In this document: one piece after another, positions 16,000 through 25,901 of the stretch
How the letters are laid out: each line of letters begins with the position of its first letter
Numbering within the stretch: the stretch's first letter is position 1
Assembly: GCA_937898415.1 (NCBI GenBank)
Contig: CALDLA010000009.1
Span: forward strand, 4,272 to 68,271
Origin: an uncultured Prevotellaceae bacterium
GTDB taxonomy: Bacteria > Bacteroidota > Bacteroidia > Bacteroidales > Bacteroidaceae
Direction of reading: 5' to 3'
Length of the DNA stretch: 64,000 bases
Made by a program: the position numbers and the translations under genes
Notes under the pieces: model-generated
The model's database searches: none
The model's input: the letters and a program-made list of their open reading frames with translations, nothing else
Told to the model about the DNA's origin: nothing

Positions 16000-17772
16000 T
16001 TAATTCTTGGAAGTAGACTTCTCCTGTATGAAGACAGGATTCTGTTTCAAGAGGTTATTGACCTTGAGCTCACTCTCCTGAATAGGCCAGTAGAGATAGG
16101 GTTCGGTCTTCATCTTGTAGGAGATGGCATCGCCGCCGCTGTCGACATACTTCCTGACAATCTGCAGCAACATTGGCTTGTAAAGTGCTGGCCAACTTTC
16201 GGTATCGGCCAGTCGCTGACGACCGTTGACGCCCTCCATGTGGCGGTAGCAGAAGCGCATGAGGTCGAACCAGCGCTTACCCTCGAAGCACAGCTCGCGC
16301 TCGCGCTCGTTCATGACCAGCAGTTCCATGCCGGTCTTCGTCTGGAAGGCATCAAACTTCAGCGTGTCGGTGGAGTTCTTCTTTATAGAACGTTTGTTGA
16401 CAGACTGCACCAGGTCGAAGGCTTTCTTCAGGGTCACGACGTCACTGTCGTTGGCAGCCGTCTCCACCAGGGCCTCGGCCTGCATCAGCATGATGTCGGT
16501 TAGGCGATAGACAATCCAGTTCTGTCTGAACTCCTTGAACTGTCGGGAGTTGCTCTTTCTGGGACCGACGTTGGAGGTCACCTCGACGGTCGATCCTCCA
16601 TCATCCACCATCTTACGAATGCTCAACTGCTGAGCCTCTTCGTTGTTGGCTTCGTACACATTGTTCCAGAAACGGTAGTCATTCTTCGAACAATAGAATT
16701 TCTTCGATTCCGAGGTATTGGCGTTGGCAGCCACTGTGCTAAACAACTGCGAGGCCATCAGGATACTGGTCGACCTATAGCTATTCTCATTGCCCGACTG
16801 ATAATAATAGTTCTCCAGGGCCTGGTTGGAATTGTTGCGGCCGTTGTACTGCAACTCCAGGATGCTTTCACGTGAATTACCACTGCTGAAAATGGTGTAT
16901 AACGCTTTGTCACCGTCTATCAGGTGGTAACGATCCTCTTCCTTAGCAGTAATTTCCTTTTCCTGATAGAGCTTATAATATGCGTCTTTCGCGTTGATGA
17001 CCGAGTCAGTCAGGGCAATGGCCTGCTGGTAGTCACTGTTACTGTGGTTCATGGAAGCCCGCCATAGGTAGATGTCGGCCATGAGTGCATGGACGGCATC
17101 ACGGGTCATATAACCCCAATTGCGCCAGTCGCTACGTCCGTAGGAGCCAGAGCGCATGATGTACAGACGAGCCTCCTCCAAATCATCCAGACAGTGCTGA
17201 AGGACAGTCTCGGGATCACTCTGCGCCATAGGCTCTATCTGACTGTCATCCTCGTATGAACGAGTGACGTAGGGGACGTCGCGGAAAGCGCGTACTAAGT
17301 AGAAATAGCACAGGCTTCGCAGAGCCAGCATCTGGGCACGTACCACCTGGTAGTCGCCCTCGGTGAACTCTGGATCTTCGGCCATTACGTCGGCAGCATG
17401 GTTCAACACGATATTACAACTGTTGATGACATTGTAGAAGGCGTCCCACGTGGCATATCTGTTAGTGGGCAGCAGGTTCACGGCACTGATGTTATCGAGC
17501 GTGTTGTCGTTGTAGTCCTGTAGCTTCACCAACTCGTCAGAACGGAAACCGCCCCACATGATGAGCCGCTCCTGTATGTTATAGCTGATCATGCTCAGAT
17601 AGCAGCCGTCCACCATCTGCTCCACGTCGGCCTTGGTCTTCCAGAAGTCATCACCCACGATGCGGTCGGTGGGATAGATGGTCAGGAAGTCGTTGCAGCT
17701 GGCAAGGGCGGCGGCGGCACCACAGCACAGCAGCCCCTTCACCATATATTTCTTTATGCTTTTGGTAATCAT
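16000..17772 (-). CDS. SusD/RagB-family lipoprotein
   Basis: 590 aa with a lipobox (ALASC-NDF). It follows a SusC gene. Confidence 0.88.
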   Translation of the reverse strand: MITKSIKKYMVKGLLCCGAAAALASCNDFLTIYPTDRIVGDDFWKTKADVEQMVDGCYLSMISYNIQERLIMWGGFRSDELVKLQDYNDNTLDNISAVNLLPTNRYATWDAFYNVINSCNIVLNHAADVMAEDPEFTEGDYQVVRAQMLALRSLCYFYLVRAFRDVPYVTRSYEDDSQIEPMAQSDPETVLQHCLDDLEEARLYIMRSGSYGRSDWRNWGYMTRDAVHALMADIYLWRASMNHSNSDYQQAIALTDSVINAKDAYYKLYQEKEITAKEEDRYHLIDGDKALYTIFSSGNSRESILELQYNGRNNSNQALENYYYQSGNENSYRSTSILMASQLFSTVAANANTSESKKFYCSKNDYRFWNNVYEANNEEAQQLSIRKMVDDGGSTVEVTSNVGPRKSNSRQFKEFRQNWIVYRLTDIMLMQAEALVETAANDSDVVTLKKAFDLVQSVNKRSIKKNSTDTLKFDAFQTKTGMELLVMNERERELCFEGKRWFDLMRFCYRHMEGVNGRQRLADTESWPALYKPMLLQIVRKYVDSGGDAISYKMKTEPYLYWPIQESELKVNNLLKQNPVFIQEKSTSKN

Positions 17773-17821
17773 AATTCCTAAATCCTAATTTCTAATTACT
17801 CATTACTAATTACTCATTTCT
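17773..17821. repeat. heptamer array x7 that makes up the entire SusC-SusD spacer
   Basis: AATTCCT AAATCCT AATTTCT AATTACT CATTACT AATTACT CATTTCT. In the mRNA sense the unit is AGNAWTK x7, running straight into the ATG. Confidence 0.85.
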
Positions 17822-20800
17822 CAGAATCCCACTTGGATGTTCATCGTTACCGACTTGCTTCGTGGTGTCTGAGAACCGTCATAGGCGATACCCCATGAAC
17901 CGGGAGAGTGCTCAGGGTCGGTACCGCTATACTTGCTCCAGCAGAATAGGTTCTGTCCAGAGAGGCTCATCGTCAGTCGGTTCATTCCCAATGACTTCAG
18001 CACCTTCTTCTTGAAGTTATAGGAAAGCTGTACGTAGCTCATTCTGACGAAAGAGGCATCCTCGACGTAGCGGTCACTTCCTAACCAGTTGTAACCGGTG
18101 TCGAACATGGCGCGCGGAATGTAGGTCACATCACCGTTCTTGCGCCAGCGCCAGTTGACGGCTGAACTTTGGTTGTAGGCGTTGAACATCTCCTCAAGGC
18201 CCATCTTGGCTGAGTTGACAATCTTGATACCCTGACGATAGCTGAAACTCGTCTTCAAGGCCCAGTTGTCATACTGCAGGTTGAAGCCGAAACCGCCGTT
18301 GATGTGCGGGTTGGAGTTACCTAAGTAGACGATGTCGAGCGAGTTGATCTGTCCGTCGTTGTTCACGTCCTCATAGATGGCGTCGCCACCCTGGAACTCA
18401 TAGGTGGGGTCGCCGTCCTCGAAATTATATACCTGACGGATGGGGTCGCCCTTGGAAGTCATCATCACCTTGCCGTCTCTATTGATGGCAACAGGAGCTG
18501 TCTTGCCCTTGGCCAGGAACTCATTGTTGATGTAGTCTTCCAGCTGCTTGCCAGTCCATCCGTTACTCTGCTTCAGGTTCGTCAGGTACTCGTAGGTATA
18601 TTGATAGACGCCCTTGTAGCGCAGTCCGTAGATAGAACCTAACGGGTTGCCCTTCTGAATACGGTTCAGGTATTGTCCGCGCTTACTGGAGTCCCATTCG
18701 GCGTTGATGCTCTCCAGCACGCTCTCGTCCATGTCGACAATCTCGTTGAAGTTCTGCGAGATGTTGAAGTTGGCGCTGACGGAGAACTTGCCGATGTTGA
18801 CAATTTTATTCGCCGAAACATTCAGTTCCCATCCCTTGTTGGTCATCTCACCGACGTTAGCCCAAGACAACGACGAGAAACCTGTGGACGACGGGATGCG
18901 CACACCGCCCATCAGCAGGTCCTTGGTACGCTTGAAGTAGTAGTTGAAGTCACCCGTGAGGCGGTCGTCAAAGAATCCGAAGTCGCCACCTAAGTTATAT
19001 TGGGTCGTACGCTCCCACTTCAGTTCGTTCAGCTGCAAGCCTTCCAGATAGGTCACGCTACGCTTGTCAGAGATGGTACCGTACACACCCGACGTGTTGT
19101 ACTTGGCATACTGTAGGTACTGTCCGTCCGGCTGACGTCCGACGATACCCCACGAGGGACGGAAGGAGAGCATGGAGAGCCACTTCTTCGACCACTTCAT
19201 GAACGGCTCGTCGCTGATGTTCCAGCGGGCCGACAGACCAGGGAACCAACCCCACTTCTTAGAGTCGCCGAACTTCGTGGTACCGTCGGCACGGAGCGAG
19301 AAGTCAATAGAGTAGCGCGACATATAGGAGAAGTGTCCGCTGTAGATACCCGACATCGAGCGCCATTGTCCGTTGCCCGAGCTCATGCTTTCGATGGCAG
19401 TGTCTACGGTGGGCGAGGTGGTACCGTTCGGGGCATTGCGGTTCACGACGGTCTGGCTGTTGTCGTTGCCTGAGGTCATCTCCCAGCGGGCCAGCATCGT
19501 CAGGAACAAATCCTCGTTCGTGAAATGCGGATTCAGCGTCAGGGTGTGACGCGTGGTGAAGGCCAACGAGTTGTAGTCGTACACCTGGCTGCGGTTGTAG
19601 TTACCATTCGTCCATCCTCGGGTAGCCAAAGAACCTGGCAGGTATTTCGGCTCACTCTTCGAGAAGATGTCCATATAGACCAGTCCGCTGTAGTTCAGCT
19701 GTGTCGAGGAGTCGTCTTTGCTCAGCAGGTAGTAGTCCAAGCGGAACTCCGGCGAGATACGGTAGGTCTTCTCATCTCTCCACGCCAGATGGGCAATAGC
19801 CACGGGATTACCCAGGTCACGGATGGCACTGAGCTGTGCTGACGAAGTTCCTGCAATGTAGGAACCGGCATCGTTGGCACTTGAGAAACCGGCAGCACGG
19901 AACTGTTCCTCCGTGGGGTCGGGCTGCATGACGTAGAACTCGTTGGTATCGTTGCCGTTCATGTCCTGACGGTACACCGACATGTTAGGCGACAGTTTCT
20001 GGGCACGTCCCAGGATGTTGTCGTCGTAGTTACGGTGGTTCGACGTGTAGGTCAGGGGGAAGGTGGTGCGGAACGTGATGCGGTCAGAGACGAAGTAGTC
20101 CAGTGCCAGCTTCGTGGTGAAGCGGTCAAGTGTCTGCTTGATAATGGTACCGTTCTGGTGGTCGTAGCCGGCTGACACGCGGAAGTTGGCCTTCTCACCA
20201 CCACCGGTGATGGTCAGGTAGTGGTACTGGCTCCAGCCCACCTGCTGCACCTCGTCCACCCAGTCGGTGTTGTTGTTCCAGTTCTCGAAGTCAGCCCATG
20301 AGCGGTTGTAGTTGATTTCGTTGATATTGGTCGTAGCCGAGGCACTCTGGGCGGGATTGTAGTACATCTCCTTCAGCATCATGGTGTAGTCGTCACCATT
20401 CAGCAGGTTGTAGCCCTTGGGCTGCCAGCTGGCCTGGACACGTAGTGAGTAGTCCACACGGGTCTTACCGCGGGCACCGCGCTTCGTGCGGATTTGGATG
20501 ACACCGTTAGCACCGCGCGAACCCCAGATGGCGGTAGCGGCGGCGTCCTTCAGTACCTGGATGTCCTCGATGTCCGACGGGTTCACCGACAGCAGCGAGG
20601 CGTAGGTCTCTTCATTGGCGTTCTGGAAGTCGAAGTTGGCATCGGGGTTGTCGAAGATGTTACCGTCGACGACAATCAGCGGCTCGGCTGAGCCGTTGAT
20701 GCTGGTCACACCGCGCAGACGCATCGTCGTACCGGAACCAAGGTTACCTGAGTTGGCCACGATGTCGAGACCGGCAATCTGTCCTTGCAGAGCCTCGTCG

Positions 20801-21246
20801 GCCGATGTAAAGGCCAGACCTTCCACCTCTTTCATTGAGAAAGTCTGTGCGGCCACCGAGACCTCACGCTCGGGGATAGCCAGACCACCCTGATTGAACT
20901 TACGCTTGGCGACCACCGTCACCTCCTTAATCTGCGTGGCGTCCTCCAGCTTGATATCGAAGCGGGTACGGGTGCCGATAGGCAGGGTGACGGTCTTATA
21001 GCCTACATACGAGATCTTCAGTTTGTTCTTTGCGTTCTTGACGGTCATGGAGAAGTTACCGTTCATGTCTGTCTGTGCGAAGGATACGTTACGATTGTTA
21101 GCATCAATCTCCACGACATTACACATCATCACGGGTCCCATGGCGTCGTTGACAGTACCCGATATACGGGCCTCCTGTGCCAAGGCTGTCGTTGACAGTC
21201 CGCAGACGGCGCAGATGATACAGATGATATATTTTATGCTATTCAT
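17821..21246 (-). CDS. SusC/RagA-family TonB-dependent OM transporter
   Basis: 1141 aa with a CarbopepD_reg-like N-domain and a plug (MRLRGVTSINGSAEPLIVVDGN). The C-terminus ends ...MNIQVGF. Confidence 0.92.
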   Translation of the reverse strand: MNSIKYIICIICAVCGLSTTALAQEARISGTVNDAMGPVMMCNVVEIDANNRNVSFAQTDMNGNFSMTVKNAKNKLKISYVGYKTVTLPIGTRTRFDIKLEDATQIKEVTVVAKRKFNQGGLAIPEREVSVAAQTFSMKEVEGLAFTSADEALQGQIAGLDIVANSGNLGSGTTMRLRGVTSINGSAEPLIVVDGNIFDNPDANFDFQNANEETYASLLSVNPSDIEDIQVLKDAAATAIWGSRGANGVIQIRTKRGARGKTRVDYSLRVQASWQPKGYNLLNGDDYTMMLKEMYYNPAQSASATTNINEINYNRSWADFENWNNNTDWVDEVQQVGWSQYHYLTITGGGEKANFRVSAGYDHQNGTIIKQTLDRFTTKLALDYFVSDRITFRTTFPLTYTSNHRNYDDNILGRAQKLSPNMSVYRQDMNGNDTNEFYVMQPDPTEEQFRAAGFSSANDAGSYIAGTSSAQLSAIRDLGNPVAIAHLAWRDEKTYRISPEFRLDYYLLSKDDSSTQLNYSGLVYMDIFSKSEPKYLPGSLATRGWTNGNYNRSQVYDYNSLAFTTRHTLTLNPHFTNEDLFLTMLARWEMTSGNDNSQTVVNRNAPNGTTSPTVDTAIESMSSGNGQWRSMSGIYSGHFSYMSRYSIDFSLRADGTTKFGDSKKWGWFPGLSARWNISDEPFMKWSKKWLSMLSFRPSWGIVGRQPDGQYLQYAKYNTSGVYGTISDKRSVTYLEGLQLNELKWERTTQYNLGGDFGFFDDRLTGDFNYYFKRTKDLLMGGVRIPSSTGFSSLSWANVGEMTNKGWELNVSANKIVNIGKFSVSANFNISQNFNEIVDMDESVLESINAEWDSSKRGQYLNRIQKGNPLGSIYGLRYKGVYQYTYEYLTNLKQSNGWTGKQLEDYINNEFLAKGKTAPVAINRDGKVMMTSKGDPIRQVYNFEDGDPTYEFQGGDAIYEDVNNDGQINSLDIVYLGNSNPHINGGFGFNLQYDNWALKTSFSYRQGIKIVNSAKMGLEEMFNAYNQSSAVNWRWRKNGDVTYIPRAMFDTGYNWLGSDRYVEDASFVRMSYVQLSYNFKKKVLKSLGMNRLTMSLSGQNLFCWSKYSGTDPEHSPGSWGIAYDGSQTPRSKSVTMNIQVGF

Positions 21247-21270
21247 ATTCTATTATTCCTTAGATGGTTC

Positions 21271-24195
21271 CTAATTCTGCTGGTCATATCTCTTATATAA
21301 ATAGGAGTCGTACTGTTTGCGGTAAGCCTTCAGCTTTGCCCTGGCGCTACTGCCTGACCACAGCCCGTCGTAGCGGTCGGTGTCGGTATGTATGTTCAAC
21401 GGCGTGCTAATCTGGTGAAGGATGGCAAACGACGAGGTAGAGATGCTGCGCGTCCTGCTGTCAATGACATAGTCGCGGGCCATCTCGTTGACCATCTTCG
21501 ACGAGTTGGAGGCCTCGATGGTAATCGTCTGGCCGCGCTTGTCCTTGAGGGTGATATGGCCATTACCTCCTGACACAGTCAACTTCTCACGGATACCGAG
21601 CGTGTCGGAGCAGGCGGTAGGATAGACGCCAGCCTCCACCGTGTTGTCAGCATAGACGGAATTGTCCTGGAAGTGGTAGCGGATGAAGGTGTTGATTTCC
21701 TCCACCATAGCCAGTGCCTGGTCGCGGTCGGCCTGGAAGGCCTCCTTGTCGTTGTCGAAGGCACCGGCCTGTACGGCCTCCTTCCAGGTCATCTCGGCCT
21801 TGCCCGCACGCTCGGCAGCGGCGTTCTTGGCAGGTGTCCAGCGGTCCACGAGCACCTTGATGTCGCTCCACTTGGGCAATCCCTGTCCGTAAGCTTTCTG
21901 CATGGCGTCGTTATCGGGCGCGTATACCGTATAATTATATGAGTTGAAGTAGTTGACGTTATCCGTCAGACCGCCTTTGGCGGCAAAAGTGTGGTAGGCG
22001 TCCATACGTGGTTTCTTGGTCACCTCGTTCTTCTCCGTCATCCTGTCGCTGGCAAACTCCATGATGCTGTCCATGTCGAAGTCGGTGCAGAGGTTGATGA
22101 ACTCTGAGAAGCGCGAGTCATTCTCCAACACGTCGAGCACCGAGCGGAGCGGGGGCTCAATGACGTGGTCGATGGCGTAGGCATCACCATTGGCCTGGTG
22201 GTAGACCTGCGTAATCTGCGACACGGGCGACTTGCCTTCCAACTGTCCGCCGCTCACCACGGTGTTACCGTCAAAGCGGATGGTACCGCCGTGCTTGGTC
22301 TTGTAATACTTGTTGCCACCTAACTTCTCACCCTCCTGCAGCACGATGGTGTGGTAGTTCAGGATGTCGATGAACTGGCTGCGGAACTGGTCGGCCGAGA
22401 CACGTCCGATGGAGTCTTCAGGCGCCGTACCGACGGTACCCGTAGCCAAGTCATACTTCCATGCCGAGCAATAGACGTACGGACTGCGGTCCTGATAGTA
22501 GAACTTCAGGGCGCGCGGCTGGGTGCTGTTCAGCGATGCCGGGTCCACATAGAAGCGGCCGAAGGCATCATCCGTCGGGATGAAGAAAGCGTAGTTGGCA
22601 CTCATGGCCAGCAGGTAGGCGTAGTAGTTCTGGTTCAGGGCCAGCGTCGTACGGCTCTTACCGTCGTTCACGGCCTCGTTCATAATGCGCATGTTGCTGC
22701 TCAGCGTCACCGGAGCCGAGACGGCAATCAGCGAGGGCGGTGCAAACACGGTGTTCAGCATGTAAGCTACACCGTTGTTGGCAATCTTCACGTCATACGA
22801 GCCATCTGCGTTCTTGTTCAGCACGTCAAGCGACAAGCCCATCGGGTCGTTGGCCTCATCCATCACGCGGTTGAACTTGCTGGGGACGGTACCCACGAAC
22901 GAACTCTTCATCAGGTTACCGATGAGTTGTTGCACGTTCTGCAAAGGGATGGAGTCGATGTTTTCAGCCAGGTTCTCCTCCGTGTTGGGTTTCTTGCCGA
23001 AGGCGTTAATGAGGAACTCGCCGCCGCCACCCGGCAGGAAGTACTCCTTCATAGCCTGGTCCGTAGGTACGAACATAGCGGCAATGTCCTTGATGGAGTT
23101 CTCGTTCGTACCATTATTATAGTTGTTCCATCCCGGGTCGAAGGGCAGCACATACTGTGACACCATTTTATTGGGGTCTGTCGTCAGCTCACCGCCCTGC
23201 GAGCGCTGGCTCATGTAGCGCTTCTGGTAGATAGAGTCTATCAGCGGCAAGTTGTTAACCTGCGCATAGTCATTGTAGTTCTTGGTGGTGGTGGCGTCAA
23301 AGTAGGGTGCCGAGAAACGGTCGAGCATACGGCTGAACAGATTGCTCTCGCCGTTGGTCCTAATCAGCTCGGCCAGGTTGCCCGGGGGCACCAGCACGTC
23401 CTGCATCTGGTGGATGTAACCGTTCTTGCAGGTGACGTCAGAGTTGATAATCTTGTTGCGGTAAATGTAGGCCGACTTCTCCTCCATGTTATACGGAGTA
23501 CCAGTGACCACCTCAAAGTCGCTCTTCTCGCCACGGGTCGTGATGTTGTTGCCGGTCATCTGCTCCTCGGTGAAGTGTACCATCATCGGGCGCGTGGCAT
23601 CCATCACGATGTGGACGCCCTTGTCGTAATACTTCTCCCAGTAGGGGTTGTTCACAGGCATGCTCTCGCGGTTCCTCAGCCAGGTGATGGTGTCAATCAC
23701 GTTGGCACCCGTCGTGTGCTTCAAGGCCTGGCCCTGAATCACGGCGGTAGATCCGTCCGAGATGTTCGACAGCATTTCTACCAGTAGCGCATTATCGAGC
23801 ATCGACGAATAGAGTAGCTGTTTCTTCATGGCGACTGTCAGGTCCTCATACTTCCTGACGCCCCACGGGTTCTCAGCATAGAATCGGCTGAAGGCTTCGT
23901 CGTTGGCTGGGAACACCGTCTTCGAACCCGTCTTCGACAGCGTCTCAGCGTAACCCAAGTCGTCAATCAGCCTCAGGTAGTTGTTGAAAGTACCCGTCAG
24001 CACGTTGCCATTGGTGCTTCTTAAGTTCTCCGGGTTCTTCATGGCATCATAGATACTGCCACCTAACCACGACGGATAGTTATCCGGGTCGTCCAGGTCG
24101 TAGTCGTCAGTACATGCCGTGAAGCACCCACAGGCCATGGCCACGCCGAGACACAGACATGCTCTTCGGGCCAGCTCAATCAAGTGGTTGTTCAT
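21271..24195 (-). CDS. multi-FAS1 (fasciclin) domain lipoprotein
   Basis: 974 aa with a lipobox (FTAC-TDDYDLDDPD) and repeated FAS1 H1-like motifs (KTVFPANDEAF, MFVPTDQAM, FFIPTDDAF, YTVYAPDNDAM). Confidence 0.78.
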   Translation of the reverse strand: MNNHLIELARRACLCLGVAMACGCFTACTDDYDLDDPDNYPSWLGGSIYDAMKNPENLRSTNGNVLTGTFNNYLRLIDDLGYAETLSKTGSKTVFPANDEAFSRFYAENPWGVRKYEDLTVAMKKQLLYSSMLDNALLVEMLSNISDGSTAVIQGQALKHTTGANVIDTITWLRNRESMPVNNPYWEKYYDKGVHIVMDATRPMMVHFTEEQMTGNNITTRGEKSDFEVVTGTPYNMEEKSAYIYRNKIINSDVTCKNGYIHQMQDVLVPPGNLAELIRTNGESNLFSRMLDRFSAPYFDATTTKNYNDYAQVNNLPLIDSIYQKRYMSQRSQGGELTTDPNKMVSQYVLPFDPGWNNYNNGTNENSIKDIAAMFVPTDQAMKEYFLPGGGGEFLINAFGKKPNTEENLAENIDSIPLQNVQQLIGNLMKSSFVGTVPSKFNRVMDEANDPMGLSLDVLNKNADGSYDVKIANNGVAYMLNTVFAPPSLIAVSAPVTLSSNMRIMNEAVNDGKSRTTLALNQNYYAYLLAMSANYAFFIPTDDAFGRFYVDPASLNSTQPRALKFYYQDRSPYVYCSAWKYDLATGTVGTAPEDSIGRVSADQFRSQFIDILNYHTIVLQEGEKLGGNKYYKTKHGGTIRFDGNTVVSGGQLEGKSPVSQITQVYHQANGDAYAIDHVIEPPLRSVLDVLENDSRFSEFINLCTDFDMDSIMEFASDRMTEKNEVTKKPRMDAYHTFAAKGGLTDNVNYFNSYNYTVYAPDNDAMQKAYGQGLPKWSDIKVLVDRWTPAKNAAAERAGKAEMTWKEAVQAGAFDNDKEAFQADRDQALAMVEEINTFIRYHFQDNSVYADNTVEAGVYPTACSDTLGIREKLTVSGGNGHITLKDKRGQTITIEASNSSKMVNEMARDYVIDSRTRSISTSSFAILHQISTPLNIHTDTDRYDGLWSGSSARAKLKAYRKQYDSYLYKRYDQQN

Positions 24196-24250
24196 ACTTT
24201 TTAGGTTTTTATTTTTTTGATAATATTTATGTAGCTATAATAAAACGCTG

Positions 24251-24258
24251 CAAAATTA
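24251..24258 (-). promoter_or_regulatory. -7 box TAATTTTG for the SusCD/FAS1 operon
   Basis: The plus strand reads caaaatta, in the AT-rich divergent region about 55 nt upstream of the 21271..24195 start. Confidence 0.4.
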
Positions 24259-24394
24259 ATAAAAAAAATCTGAAACGATAGCAAATTTACCCCAAAAAAA
24301 TATCATTAGAATAAATATGTAATCAGAATAACTAAAAAATGTTATAAAGGCTTAAATTATCAGTATAAATGAAACGGGGAAAGCAGGAAAATAC

Positions 24395-24402
24395 TATCTT
24401 TG
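24395..24402 (+). promoter_or_regulatory. -7 box TATCTTTG for the fimbrillin-like gene
   Basis: The motif sits about 65 nt upstream of the ATG at 24468. Confidence 0.4.
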
Positions 24403-24467
24403 TACACTAAAACGTGTAAAGCGACAGAACGAATCTAAAAAAATAATGAAATAAAAAACAAAAGAAC

Positions 24468-25901
24468 ATGAAAAAACTATTTCTTTTTGCAGCCGTTGCT
24501 GCCATGTTAGCTGGCTGCTCAGAGACCGACGAGCTGGCACAGCGCCAGGTCCAACAGCAGGCAGAAAACGGTGCTGTCTCGTTCAACGTCTACACCAACC
24601 GCGCCGTCACCCGTGCCGGTAAGGCGGGTATGCTGAGCACTGAAAGCCTACAGGAGGCCGACGGAGGCTTCGGCGTCTTCGCCTACCACACCAACAACTC
24701 GTTCTACGACAGTCAGAACTCCGAAATCAACTTCATGTACAACCAGAAGGTGACGTGGAGCGGCCAGAAGTGGGAATACGACCCCGTGAAGTACTGGCCT
24801 AACGAGTTCGGCACCAATGCCAAGAGCAACGACATCGACTATGTGACGTTCTTTGCCTATGCCCCGTATGTCGATCTCAACTCCATGACGGGCGTAGTCC
24901 TTGCTGGCGACGATGCTGCCCAGCAGCAGTGGAAGAACATCACGTCGGCATCGCGTAACGGCGACAAGGGTGACCCTGTCATCCGCTACATGGTGGATAC
25001 CAACCCGCAGACGTCGGTAGACCTGCTCTGGGGCGTTGCCGCCAATGCAAACTTCCAGGGATTGGCTCCTGCGGCCACCGCTACGCCGCTCAAGGAGGGC
25101 GGCTGCTACCTGAACCTGTCGAAGCAGAAGGGTGTGGACGACAAGATTGAGTGGCGGTTCCACCACGCTCTCTCCAAACTGAAGGTCGAGATTATCGCCG
25201 CCTCCGACATTGCCACCGAGGGCACGACCGAATACGTGGCTGCTGGCGACGCTACTCCTATTGACGCTCCCACGCGCGTCTATCTGCGTTGGATTGAGTT
25301 CCAGGGCTTTGCCATGAGCGGTGCACTGAACCTCAACAGCGCCACTCCCCTCAACGGCACCGTTCCCACGGCCAGGTGGATGAGCTATGACGGCGCTACC
25401 GACCTGAAGATTACGGCTGTCCGCTTCAATGACGGTCTGTTCGACGACAAGGAGGGTATCGCCAACAACGTGAACCCCAATGAGCGGGTGCTGGGCAAGC
25501 TGAACGAAACAATCATTGAGGAGTCGACTCCCGCTGGAGGTTGGCTGGATAAGAACGCGGGCATCCCCACCGCTAACTATACCAACATCTTTGCCAATGC
25601 CACTGAAGACAAGGACTGCATCTACGTCATCCCGACAGGCTTACCCGTCAAGATCAGCATGCTCTACGACATTGAGACGGCCGACAAGCGCGTGGGCAAG
25701 TACCTCTCTGACGGCAAGACCACGGGCGTCCACATTGCCAACGAGATTTCCAAAAGCCTCGACAACCTGAAGTTCGAGGCTGGCAAGGCCTACATCATCA
25801 AGATTGTGGTGGGTCTGGAGAGCGTGAAGGTGACGGCCGAGGTGCAGCCTTGGGGCGACACGGCTCAGGCTGTCGATGTTGACATGCCCGACAACCCCTA
25901 G
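24468..25901 (+). CDS. fimbrillin-like (Mfa/FimA-family-like) lipoprotein
   Basis: Lipobox MLAGC-SETDE. GFGVFAYHTNN and the overall beta-rich character are typical of Bacteroidota fimbrillin-family proteins. The family call is from memory of motifs only. Confidence 0.6.
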   Translation: MKKLFLFAAVAAMLAGCSETDELAQRQVQQQAENGAVSFNVYTNRAVTRAGKAGMLSTESLQEADGGFGVFAYHTNNSFYDSQNSEINFMYNQKVTWSGQKWEYDPVKYWPNEFGTNAKSNDIDYVTFFAYAPYVDLNSMTGVVLAGDDAAQQQWKNITSASRNGDKGDPVIRYMVDTNPQTSVDLLWGVAANANFQGLAPAATATPLKEGGCYLNLSKQKGVDDKIEWRFHHALSKLKVEIIAASDIATEGTTEYVAAGDATPIDAPTRVYLRWIEFQGFAMSGALNLNSATPLNGTVPTARWMSYDGATDLKITAVRFNDGLFDDKEGIANNVNPNERVLGKLNETIIEESTPAGGWLDKNAGIPTANYTNIFANATEDKDCIYVIPTGLPVKISMLYDIETADKRVGKYLSDGKTTGVHIANEISKSLDNLKFEAGKAYIIKIVVGLESVKVTAEVQPWGDTAQAVDVDMPDNP

